In this document: positions 8,835 through 16,491 of the stretch, one piece after another
Numbering within the stretch: position 1 is the first letter of the stretch
Layout: the number at the start of each line of letters is the position of its first letter
Virus record (IMG/VR): IMGVR_UViG_3300045285_000115
Location: 4,053 to 68,052 of that record
Source of the DNA: a virus
Lineage: Duplodnaviria > Caudoviricetes
DNA: 64,000 bases
Direction: 5' to 3' (one strand)
Translations under genes and position numbers: made by a program
The notes under the pieces: generated by a model
What the model was told of the DNA's origin: nothing
What the model saw: the letters and a program-made list of their open reading frames with translations, nothing else
The model's database searches: none

Positions 8835-9415
8835 CATGCTTATCCGGTTAAGACACACACCCTCTACATCTTGTGTCATGGAACTTCCTGTATAGGCGCG
8901 AAGATAACGTTGTCGGCCTCAGCTTCCGCGAGCGCGGCTTCAAGTGCGGTCATCTGATCGCTATGCACAATCCAGCACTTTTCGCCGTCGTCCCCCTGAA
9001 TGCCGACCTGCCTATTGTTGCCAGCGCGATAGGTGTCGAAACGCATTTGGATGATCTCGCGCGCGGCAGCATGAAGGGTCCGAAGCTTGCCGACTATCCG
9101 TTCCAATTCGTTGAGGGCGTCGTCCAACGCGTTGGGTGTCGATTTTCCTCGAAACTGGCCCCTTGGTGCCATTTGATCGCCCAGCGCGGCCGTCCGCTCG
9201 CCGAGCGAATAGGTCGCCTTCTCAGCCCGTTCGGTTTCCTCCACCGGATGACCGGGCCAGAAAAAAGTGCAGATAACGCTGCCGCCAGCATCTTTGACGC
9301 ATGGGCCGTCCAAATAGCCGGATTCTTCGAAACGCCACGGCTTTGGCCAGAAGTGCGACCATTCTTCGTGCGACATCAACATCTAGTCCCTGTGTGTGTT
9401 AACCGGATAAGCATG
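8835..9415. mobile_element. non-autonomous mini-transposon (MITE-like) with passenger gene
   Basis: perfect 17-bp TIRs CATGCTTATCCGGTTAA (8835-8851, 9399-9415) flanked by 8-bp direct repeat AAACAAAC (8827-8834, 9416-9423). Confidence 0.75.
8876..9382 (-). CDS. hypothetical phage protein (passenger of mini-element)
   Basis: 168 aa; GIQGDDGEKCWIVHSD motif. Confidence 0.75.
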   Translation of the reverse strand: MLMSHEEWSHFWPKPWRFEESGYLDGPCVKDAGGSVICTFFWPGHPVEETERAEKATYSLGERTAALGDQMAPRGQFRGKSTPNALDDALNELERIVGKLRTLHAAAREIIQMRFDTYRAGNNRQVGIQGDDGEKCWIVHSDQMTALEAALAEAEADNVIFAPIQEVP

Positions 9416-9426
9416 AAACAAACCAT

Positions 9427-9621
9427 TCATTCTGCCGCTTCCTCATATCCCGAACGCAGCCCCAGCGCTTTGAGAATCGTATCGCTCGGAGGCTTGCGCC
9501 CATTGACGACTTTGTTCACGTAGGACTGGCTTAATCCGTGTGCCTTCGCCCAGGCGCTTTCGCTTCCGGCCGTTTGGCAGGCTGTAGCAAGGCGTTTGCG
9601 GACATCTTCGCTCGAAAGCAT
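9427..9621 (-). CDS. XRE/Cro-like HTH regulator
   Basis: SESAWAKAHGLSQSYVNKVVNGRKPPS; 64 aa, no S24 peptidase domain. Confidence 0.85.
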   Translation of the reverse strand: MLSSEDVRKRLATACQTAGSESAWAKAHGLSQSYVNKVVNGRKPPSDTILKALGLRSGYEEAAE

Positions 9622-9628
9622 GGGGTGT

Positions 9629-9658
9629 CTAGTACCACAGGGGCATAAGATAGGTCAA
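9629..9658 (-). promoter_or_regulatory. leftward sigma70-type promoter, near-leaderless
   Basis: TTGACC-N18-TACTAG ending 7 nt before the HTH ATG. Confidence 0.55.
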
Positions 9659-9662
9659 CCGG

Positions 9663-9677
9663 GAACCAAATAGGAAC
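9663..9677 (+). promoter_or_regulatory. alphaproteobacterial LexA (SOS) box
   Basis: GAACCAAATAGGAAC = GAAC-N7-GAAC between divergent promoters. Confidence 0.6.
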
Positions 9678-9728
9678 ATAAATCACGAAAACGTGAATAG
9701 GAAGATCGCCCGTTATGCCCCTTTGGGA

Positions 9729-9756
9729 TTGACTATGCCTTTTCGGGCTTTATACT
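9729..9756 (+). promoter_or_regulatory. rightward sigma70-type promoter
   Basis: TTGACT-N16-TATACT upstream of + operon. Confidence 0.7.
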
Positions 9757-9784
9757 CCCCATCATCGAACGAAGGGGAACGGAC

Positions 9785-9964
9785 ATGACTCGAACACTTG
9801 CGATTATCACAAAACAAGGTTGCTTTGCGGTTGAATGGGAACGGCGCAACGGGCGCGTCTATCGCACGGCTTTCTCACACTATCTGCATGAGGCACTCGC
9901 TTGGCAGAGCATCATCGCACGGCACGACTGGTGTATGTCCGCGCATCCAGGCCCCGTTTCATGA
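9785..9964 (+). CDS. hypothetical protein
   Basis: 59 aa, RBS GAAGGGGAAC, hand-translated. Confidence 0.5.
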   Translation: MTRTLAIITKQGCFAVEWERRNGRVYRTAFSHYLHEALAWQSIIARHDWCMSAHPGPVS

Positions 9965-10098
9965 CCACAGCCTGGGAGCACAACACTTAACCCCCTCCCC
10001 GCCCCGGCTGGCGGCAACCATCCGGGGCGGGCTTTGGAGAGCACGAATACGGGGCTTTTTGGCAAAAGCGCCTCAAGCAACGAAACGGGGAGTTCCAG

Positions 10099-10464
10099 AT
10101 GGCTCAAGGCAGGACGATCCCTATCCGGGGAAGTGATTCGCCGCAAGGGCAAAGGGTGGTGGTGGGGATATTCTTCACCCGCTATCCCCAGCCGAAAATC
10201 ACCCCGATCGCGACGGCCGCGGATAATTCGATCCTCGCGGAAGCCGTCCCGATCAAGACCGAGAACGGATTTCCGGGATGGATTGTGCGGCTGCGGGCGC
10301 AAGGTTCCGCGCTGCCCAGGTTCAAGGACTCGGAGAATGTTTACCCTTCGTTAACCGCGGCCGAGGATGCCTATTGGCGCCAGTGCGAGGCCGAGCGGTT
10401 CCGTGAGGATGACGTGATCGAATGGGGCCATTGGCAAGAGGCCGTGGCGATCGCAGCGGAGTAG
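10099..10464 (+). CDS. hypothetical protein
   Basis: 121 aa, GGGAG RBS. Confidence 0.65.
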   Translation: MAQGRTIPIRGSDSPQGQRVVVGIFFTRYPQPKITPIATAADNSILAEAVPIKTENGFPGWIVRLRAQGSALPRFKDSENVYPSLTAAEDAYWRQCEAERFREDDVIEWGHWQEAVAIAAE

Positions 10465-10469
10465 CGAAG

Positions 10470-10691
10470 ATGGGCCAACAACTCGTCGCGCGCATCAAAC
10501 GCCGCAGCAAATATTGGGGCCAGACCGCGCCCAATCAATGGTTCGATGTGCGCGTAGTCGATGACACCCTCTGTCGCCTGCGCGGAAACAATAACAACTA
10601 CCGCCTAAGTGACGTGGTTCTCGGCGTGCGCCTGGATGATAACTCCGTCATCAATCTGGTGAACGGAAAACAAGAAAGTTTTGTTTCATGA
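10470..10691 (+). CDS. hypothetical protein
   Basis: 73 aa; stop TGA lies inside the TCATGA of a repeat copy. Confidence 0.65.
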   Translation: MGQQLVARIKRRSKYWGQTAPNQWFDVRVVDDTLCRLRGNNNNYRLSDVVLGVRLDDNSVINLVNGKQESFVS

Positions 10692-10725
10692 GAGCGGAGC
10701 GGCGCGGATAGCGTCATCGGTCACC
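10679..10725 (-). repeat. bipartite intergenic repeat copy (left arm of pair)
   Basis: TTTGTTTCATGA-N26-CGGTCACC. Confidence 0.85.
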
Positions 10726-10751
10726 GGAAGGGACCAGAAGGGGGAAAAAAG

Positions 10752-11321
10752 ATGGCCAAGCAGATCAAGATCGAAAACGCCAATGCCGAGAAACAGCACT
10801 TCGGCTGGTGTGTGTCGTGCCACTTTGAAGGCGCCCGCTATCACATCTGGCTTGACGGCGAGACGCTAGCAATCAAGTCCAATAATATCAACAAACCGCC
10901 GACGCTCTATAAGAACGCCCTTGTTAAGCGGAATGAGCCGGGGTTCTTCGAGTGCCGCAGGCTAGATGCCACGAACGCGACCAACAAACCGTTAGTCGAT
11001 GCCATGCTGGATGTCTTTCATGGCGGACTAAAAGAACAAGCAGAATTGCACGCACACCAGATAGAACAAAACCGCCTTGCGGTTGCCGCCGATGAAGCGC
11101 GCATCAGCCGGATCAAGGAAGCGGGGCCACAATTATTCGAGGCATTGCGAGAAATCTGCGAATTTTGGGCTTATGGACTCGCAAAGCCAGACGGCACAAA
11201 TCCTAGTGTGGAAGATAAGGAAAAGGTCGAACGGATAGCGTTGAAGGCGCTTCATACGCTTCACGCCGCCGATCCTTCCTACGTGCATACGCTCCCGGCC
11301 TCAGGTGACCGCCCCGACTAA
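10752..11321 (+). CDS. hypothetical protein bracketed by inverted repeat pair
   Basis: 189 aa; C-terminal SGDRPD* is encoded by the repeat. Confidence 0.75.
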   Translation: MAKQIKIENANAEKQHFGWCVSCHFEGARYHIWLDGETLAIKSNNINKPPTLYKNALVKRNEPGFFECRRLDATNATNKPLVDAMLDVFHGGLKEQAELHAHQIEQNRLAVAADEARISRIKEAGPQLFEALREICEFWAYGLAKPDGTNPSVEDKEKVERIALKALHTLHAADPSYVHTLPASGDRPD

Positions 11322-11349
11322 CCTACGGGCACACCTCTCATGAACCAAA
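11304..11349 (+). repeat. bipartite intergenic repeat copy (right arm)
   Basis: GGTGACCG-N26-TCATGAACCAAA. Confidence 0.85.
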
Positions 11350-11467
11350 TCGGTGCAGCCATGTTCACCTTCCTCGACCGCCTGATCTCTCCCGTCTGTT
11401 TCGTCGCTCTTCTCCTTTCCCTCTCCACGGTCCTGGTGTGGACCGGGATCATCGTGAGGTAGGGAAG

Positions 11468-11656
11468 ATGGGCACGTACATCATTGTGTTGCGGCTGCCG
11501 ACTGGCGAGATCGAGGCGGTTCGCGAGGAAGGCGCCCACATCCGCACGTTCAAGGGCCTCCGGGCCATCGTGGATTTCATCGGCAAACAACCGATGTTCG
11601 TCGGAACAGAATGGAACTATCAGTTTGTACGACTCGATGACGACATGACTGACTGA
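11468..11656 (+). CDS. hypothetical protein
   Basis: 62 aa, AGGGAAG RBS. Confidence 0.65.
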   Translation: MGTYIIVLRLPTGEIEAVREEGAHIRTFKGLRAIVDFIGKQPMFVGTEWNYQFVRLDDDMTD

Positions 11657-11697
11657 AACTGCTTTGGCAAAAGCGCAACGGGGAAAGGACCACGGCA

Positions 11698-12531
11698 ATG
11701 GCTCGCCCACGCGAAGGATACCGTAATCAAGCCGGTCAACCGGTGCCCGGCACCACCGACATCACTGGCCGCTACATGGATCGATCGCGGCTGCTCTATT
11801 GGGCCTTCAACAAAGGCCGCGATGGCGCCAAGAAACTCTACGACGGCGTCGACCTCAACATCGGCACGGTCGTGCACCAGATGGCCGAACTGGACCTCAA
11901 GGGCCAATCGGCCGCCGACATCGCCTTCTACGCCAAGACCACGCTCGCCGATCCCGAGCAGTTGGAAAAGGCGCAGACGGCCTTCCTTGCCTTCAAGAAG
12001 TGGCGCGCCAAGTTCCACATCGAAACCTACAAGCAGGAACTATCGCTCGTCTCGGAGAAGTATCAGTTCGGCGGCACCTTGGATAACGTCGCCATCATCC
12101 GCAACGGCTTAGGGCTAGTCGACTTCAAGTCCTCGACCAAAGGCGATGTGTATGAGGATCACGTCATCCAGTTGGCCGGCTACAACATCCTGTGGGAGGA
12201 AAACTTCCCGCTCGAACCGCTCTCCGAAGGCTCGCATCTGATCGTGCTGCCCAAGGAAGGCGGCGAGCCGGTGCACCGGCATTGGACGCGCGATCAGTTG
12301 AAGCCGTTCCGCAAGAAATTCAAACTCTACCGCAAGGCCTACGCGCTCGAGCAGACGACGGCCGATCCCAAGGTCTTGGCAGGTGCCGCTGTCATCGCCT
12401 CGCATGCGCCCAAGGCCAAACCCACGCCGCGCGAGAAGATCACCCCGCGCATCGAGAACCAGCCACGCGGCATGACGATGGCTGAGATCATGCGGGCTTA
12501 CGGGCACGTGAAGGAAGGGGTGGCGGCGTGA
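11698..12531 (+). CDS. PD-(D/E)XK nuclease (phage exonuclease/Cas4-like)
   Basis: FGGTLD...LVDFKSS...QLAGY motifs. Confidence 0.8.
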   Translation: MARPREGYRNQAGQPVPGTTDITGRYMDRSRLLYWAFNKGRDGAKKLYDGVDLNIGTVVHQMAELDLKGQSAADIAFYAKTTLADPEQLEKAQTAFLAFKKWRAKFHIETYKQELSLVSEKYQFGGTLDNVAIIRNGLGLVDFKSSTKGDVYEDHVIQLAGYNILWEENFPLEPLSEGSHLIVLPKEGGEPVHRHWTRDQLKPFRKKFKLYRKAYALEQTTADPKVLAGAAVIASHAPKAKPTPREKITPRIENQPRGMTMAEIMRAYGHVKEGVAA

Positions 12532-12908
12532 TCGAGATCAAACACACGCCGGGACCGTGGGTTCGTAACCCCGAAAGTACACGAGAGGCGGCCTGGTCGG
12601 TATCGACCGACACCCTGCTCGGAAGCATCGGCGGCGAAACTTGGATTGTTCTTGGAAATGAGAGTGATCCCGTCCCGGTTTGTATCGTCACGGAAATCTA
12701 TGCTGCCGAACGGGACGAGAAAAACGACTACCCGCGACTAGAGGCAAACGCCCGTTTGATCGCCGCCGCGCCACAAATGTTTGCGGCGCTAAAGACGATC
12801 ATCGAGGCAAGCGACAAATGCATGGGCCACCGCTGGTGTCGCCACGACATGACCGGATGGAAGATGGCCCGCGAAGTAATTGCCGAAGTCGAAGAGGAAA
12901 CCCCATGA
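12528..12908 (+). CDS. conserved phage hypothetical protein
   Basis: HTPGPW...ANARLIAAAP motif. Confidence 0.75.
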   Translation: MIEIKHTPGPWVRNPESTREAAWSVSTDTLLGSIGGETWIVLGNESDPVPVCIVTEIYAAERDEKNDYPRLEANARLIAAAPQMFAALKTIIEASDKCMGHRWCRHDMTGWKMAREVIAEVEEETP

Positions 12909-13291
12909 ACGCCGCCGTCATCAAGGTTGCCTTCGCCAATCCGCCGCGGGAAGGAAAGAAACGCGCCTCGGTCAAGACCGACGATGGCGATTTCTTCTTG
13001 GTCTTTCCTGAGAAGCTCGGTCTGTTCCAGCCTGGACGCACCTACCGCGTGGAATTCTCAGAAAAGGACTACAAAGGGCAGACGTATAAGACCATCACCA
13101 AATGCGAGCCGGTTGAGGACAAAGCCCCCCAGTCCGCCGGTCGCTCGGAAGGGGCGCGGGCCGATGAATTCGAATTCGTCACCCGTGTCCTTTCCGCCTC
13201 GATTAGAGCGTGTACGGTTGCCAATACCGAACAGGCGTTGATCGAAGCAACGCGGATGATCCGGGCGGTTTATCGCAAGGCGATGGCATAG
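12905..13291 (+). CDS. hypothetical protein (possible OB-fold ssDNA-binding)
   Basis: beta-rich N-terminus; ATGA coupling; lies next to nuclease. Confidence 0.6.
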   Translation: MNAAVIKVAFANPPREGKKRASVKTDDGDFFLVFPEKLGLFQPGRTYRVEFSEKDYKGQTYKTITKCEPVEDKAPQSAGRSEGARADEFEFVTRVLSASIRACTVANTEQALIEATRMIRAVYRKAMA

Positions 13292-13701
13292 TGCGCAACC
13301 ACCCGCAAAGACTACTCCGCCCTGCCACCGCCTTTTCGCTCGACGGCGGTAAGGTCATGCGCTGCACGCGTCAACACGCGCGTTCGCATCTTGCCTGGCT
13401 CAAGACCTTGCCCTGCCTGATATCGGGAACCCGCAAGGACGTTGAGGCGGCGCATATCCGCTATGCCGAGCCGGTGTATGGCAAGCGCCTGACCGGGATG
13501 GGCGAAAAGCCCTCGGACCGATACGCGGTGCCGTTATCGAGGCTCTTCCATGACGAACAGCACAGGGGAAACGAACGCGCATTCTGGGCGCACCATGGCA
13601 TCGATCCCCTGTTTGTGGCACTATCCCTTTGGTCGTGTTCCGGTGATGATGAGGCTGGCGAAGCCGTCATCACCGCAGCGCGTGCGAAGGCCCGCAAATG
13701 A
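13291..13701 (+). CDS. DUF968-like / HNH-related recombination protein
   Basis: WLKTLPCLISG...EAAHIR...GMGEKPSDRYAVPL...HDEQH. Confidence 0.7.
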   Translation: MRNHPQRLLRPATAFSLDGGKVMRCTRQHARSHLAWLKTLPCLISGTRKDVEAAHIRYAEPVYGKRLTGMGEKPSDRYAVPLSRLFHDEQHRGNERAFWAHHGIDPLFVALSLWSCSGDDEAGEAVITAARAKARK

Positions 13702-13860
13702 ACTACCCCGCCTTTGGCTCCCCCCCCCAGGCGAAGGCGGGCAGGGGCTACCCCAAATCGCGTTGCGATTTGGGGACCCCGTGAGCGCCGCCCGTGACCA
13801 GAATGGAAGCCCCCTTCGACTCGCGGGCGGCGCAGATTTTGAAATGAAACGGAGACACCG

Positions 13861-14067
13861 ATGGCAAAACGGGAAACGACAGAACGAAAACAACCATACG
13901 TCCTTACTGAGGAACAGGTTGAGGCACTTATGCGTCTTGCCTGTGACGCGGGCGCGTTATGGAATGCAGTAGCTAGTGATAAACACAAAAGGGACGACGA
14001 CGCTCATATGAAGTGGCTGCGAAGTCAGCCGCTTGGCGCCCGTAAATTTATCCTGGATTCATACTGA
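13861..14067 (+). CDS. hypothetical protein
   Basis: 68 aa, GGAG RBS. Confidence 0.65.
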   Translation: MAKRETTERKQPYVLTEEQVEALMRLACDAGALWNAVASDKHKRDDDAHMKWLRSQPLGARKFILDSY

Positions 14068-14168
14068 TGAAAGAGCGCGCCTCGCTCCACGACTACCTCG
14101 TCGGCGTCGGACTTGCGATTGTCTGCGCCATCATCGCCGGGATCATCGCCTATGTGATGACGGCTTAA
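14067..14168 (+). CDS. small single-pass membrane protein
   Basis: MKERASLHDYLVGVGLAIVCAIIAGIIAYVMTA. Confidence 0.5.
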   Translation: MKERASLHDYLVGVGLAIVCAIIAGIIAYVMTA

Positions 14169-14169
14169 G

Positions 14170-14218
14170 GTTTGGTTCATGAGAGGACAAACCGCAGGAG
14201 AGCGCGGGGCGGTCAACC
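14170..14218 (-). repeat. bipartite intergenic repeat copy (left arm)
   Basis: GTTTGGTTCATGA-N27-CGGTCAACC. Confidence 0.8.
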
Positions 14219-14234
14219 GAAGGGACCAAGAAAG

Positions 14235-14534
14235 ATGAAATGGGACAGCAAAGATTTGGCCTCGGCACTAACAAAACTGGAACAATGCAAAGCTGGTGGT
14301 TGGGTTGGATTAACCACCGCTGAAATGGAAGCCCATATAGCATTCACCCGTTCAACTGGGCGCATCGAAGAAAAAACCATGGACTTGCGCTACATTACCG
14401 TCGCAGGCATGTGCGTCCTACAGCAACGCATTGTGTGGTACTCGCTAGACCGCACAACCGGAGGCCAAGAATGGCGCAATGTGCCAGTAATCCACGATAC
14501 GGATGCACCCACCTCAGGTGACCGCCCCGACTAA
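14235..14534 (+). CDS. hypothetical protein bracketed by inverted repeat pair
   Basis: 99 aa; ends TSGDRPD* encoded by the repeat. Confidence 0.65.
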   Translation: MKWDSKDLASALTKLEQCKAGGWVGLTTAEMEAHIAFTRSTGRIEEKTMDLRYITVAGMCVLQQRIVWYSLDRTTGGQEWRNVPVIHDTDAPTSGDRPD

Positions 14535-14559
14535 CCTGCGGGCACACCTCTCATGAACA
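14517..14559 (+). repeat. bipartite intergenic repeat copy (right arm)
   Basis: GGTGACCG-N26-TCATGAAC; spacer nearly identical to the 11304 copy. Confidence 0.85.
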
Positions 14560-14571
14560 CGGAGACAACTA

Positions 14572-14772
14572 ATGCCATTTATGCGGACAGATAAAGCACT
14601 TCTTTACAAAGAAGTCGAAACCGAAATTGGATACCCGATAGTTAGTTGTTTGTGGCCCTACCCGACCAGCGGAGGCGAATGGCGATGGGATCATGGAACG
14701 CCGAACGGTGCGGTTTTTCGGTTCTGGCGTTGGCAGGATGCCACGCCTGTCCTTATCACGGATGGAGGCTGA
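14572..14772 (+). CDS. hypothetical protein
   Basis: 66 aa, GGAG RBS. Confidence 0.6.
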   Translation: MPFMRTDKALLYKEVETEIGYPIVSCLWPYPTSGGEWRWDHGTPNGAVFRFWRWQDATPVLITDGG

Positions 14773-14773
14773 C

Positions 14774-14872
14774 ATGGACATGGAACCGTTATATGGCCCC
14801 GTACTATTCGGGATCGCCCTGGCTTTCCTGATTTTCTGCATTTTTACTGCGTTTGGGGTGCGGGTGTTCTGA
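14774..14872 (+). CDS. small membrane protein
   Basis: GGAGG RBS; MDMEPLYGPVLFGIALAFLIFCIFTAFGVRVF. Confidence 0.5.
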   Translation: MDMEPLYGPVLFGIALAFLIFCIFTAFGVRVF

Positions 14873-14880
14873 CAGTCTCA

Positions 14881-14928
14881 GGTGACCGATGACAGAAGCA
14901 ACAGCCACTCCGCCCTCATGAAACAAAC
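14881..14928 (+). repeat. bipartite intergenic repeat copy
   Basis: GGTGACCG-N27-TCATGAAACAAAC. Confidence 0.85.
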
Positions 14929-14965
14929 AAATCCCTAACACACACAAAACCCAAAGGAGACTCCC

Positions 14966-15577
14966 ATGTCCATCGCTGATACCTTCGGCAAGCGCCGCCG
15001 CAACGGCCCGGTGAATATCCCCGATCTCCCTCGCATTGGCCCTACCCCGCAATTCATCATCGAAATGGCCCAACAGAACGCAACCGCCGTTCCCGCGCAA
15101 GATGGAGACGCTGCATCCCCCGATGCGCAGGCGGCGCGCGAGCGCCATTTCGCCGCCGCGCTTATGATCGAATCCGACGCCACGGCGCTCTCGGAGAATG
15201 CGCAAAAGCTTCTTGCCATCATCACGCAGGCGCTTGATCTCGCCAAGCGCGAGCGAGACCACGCGCTCGAACAGGCCGCCGCCGACTGCCGCGCCACCGA
15301 GGAAAGCCTGATCCGCGCGGCGCACGACCATATCGCGGCAACGGAAATCTATCAGAATCTCGCCAAAAACCACGCCGACGTGGTGCGCGCCGACGGCGAC
15401 AAGCTGCTCGGCGTCATCCGCGAGGCCGACGACCGGCTCAACGCCAAGACGCAGGCCATCTTGCAGGCGCAGAAACCGGCGGCGGAAGCGACGGAAGAAA
15501 AACCAGCCGCAGTACCACCGCCGCCAACCTTCAACCCCGCCCCCGACAAGGACGACTACGCGCAGTTGAGCGGGTGA
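14966..15577 (+). CDS. coiled-coil protein
   Basis: 203 aa, AAAGGAGA RBS. Confidence 0.8.
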   Translation: MSIADTFGKRRRNGPVNIPDLPRIGPTPQFIIEMAQQNATAVPAQDGDAASPDAQAARERHFAAALMIESDATALSENAQKLLAIITQALDLAKRERDHALEQAAADCRATEESLIRAAHDHIAATEIYQNLAKNHADVVRADGDKLLGVIREADDRLNAKTQAILQAQKPAAEATEEKPAAVPPPPTFNPAPDKDDYAQLSG

Positions 15578-15921
15578 ACAGACCGATGGCAGCCAATGAT
15601 GATGGGAAAATATCCCAAAACGAAATCTGGTCCCTCTTCGGGGATCAGATTCCGATGGAGGTGATTGCCCTCCTATGGGATTCACCGCCCGATAAAACCA
15701 TTGGACAGATGCGCGAGGAATTGCGAGCACTTGTGGCACATCTGTCTGCAAAGCCATCGCGACCGATTGAGGAAATCAAAGCGGCCGATGCTTTTGTTCA
15801 TTCTCTGGTCAACCGCTGCGATTTCATGATCGGCGATGCTCCGCTCTGGTATGGATGGGCTATCGCCGACGGTTTCCATGCCGGCATCGCTTACGCGCGG
15901 CAGAAAGACAAACTCGAATGA
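15574..15921 (+). CDS. hypothetical protein
   Basis: coupled ORF. Confidence 0.65.
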   Translation: MNRPMAANDDGKISQNEIWSLFGDQIPMEVIALLWDSPPDKTIGQMREELRALVAHLSAKPSRPIEEIKAADAFVHSLVNRCDFMIGDAPLWYGWAIADGFHAGIAYARQKDKLE

Positions 15922-15993
15922 TCCTTCCCGACCCCCTGCTCTATGCCGAGACGTGGCATCTGGACTGGCTTTGTTTAGCGCGAGGAATACACC

Positions 15994-16230
15994 ATGCTCT
16001 ACGACGTGACCAAGTCAGCGCCGACGTTTGCTCAGGAATATGCAGAACTGAAGAAACAATGCGACGATGCCACGATATCGGCGGCCGATAGAATGCGACT
16101 GCTCGATATCATGACCGCGCTCAAACTCGGATATCTCTACGGCCGCGCCGAAATGGGAACGGAAATGACGGCTATCCTCAAAGGACCTCAGGTGACCGAT
16201 GAGAGAACCCCAACCGCTCCCTTCTCATGA
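15994..16230 (+). CDS. hypothetical protein
   Basis: 78 aa; stop lies in TCATGA of repeat copy. Confidence 0.6.
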   Translation: MLYDVTKSAPTFAQEYAELKKQCDDATISAADRMRLLDIMTALKLGYLYGRAEMGTEMTAILKGPQVTDERTPTAPFS

Positions 16231-16236
16231 ACAAAC
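16191..16236 (+). repeat. bipartite intergenic repeat copy
   Basis: GGTGACCG-N26-TCATGAACAAAC. Confidence 0.85.
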
Positions 16237-16242
16237 TAACCT

Positions 16243-16491
16243 TCACTTCGGCCCCTGCTTCCTTAATCTCTCCACCATCCCCACGATGGCTTCCGCCGGC
16301 ATCGGCGCTCCATATTTTCCCCGCCCGAAGAACTGGTCTGCCTCGATCTCGATCGACCGGCGGCGGCCCTTTCTTGATCCATCGGCCGACCAATAGGCGA
16401 CGACCTCGATGATCGACGGCCATGATTCGTCCGCCTCAAGGGAAGTCGTGCGCGCAAGGTCGCCGTGCGGAATCTGGATGTTAGTTGGCAT
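16243..16491 (-). CDS. hypothetical protein
   Basis: 82 aa, overlaps end of upstream gene. Confidence 0.65.
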   Translation of the reverse strand: MPTNIQIPHGDLARTTSLEADESWPSIIEVVAYWSADGSRKGRRRSIEIEADQFFGRGKYGAPMPAEAIVGMVERLRKQGPK

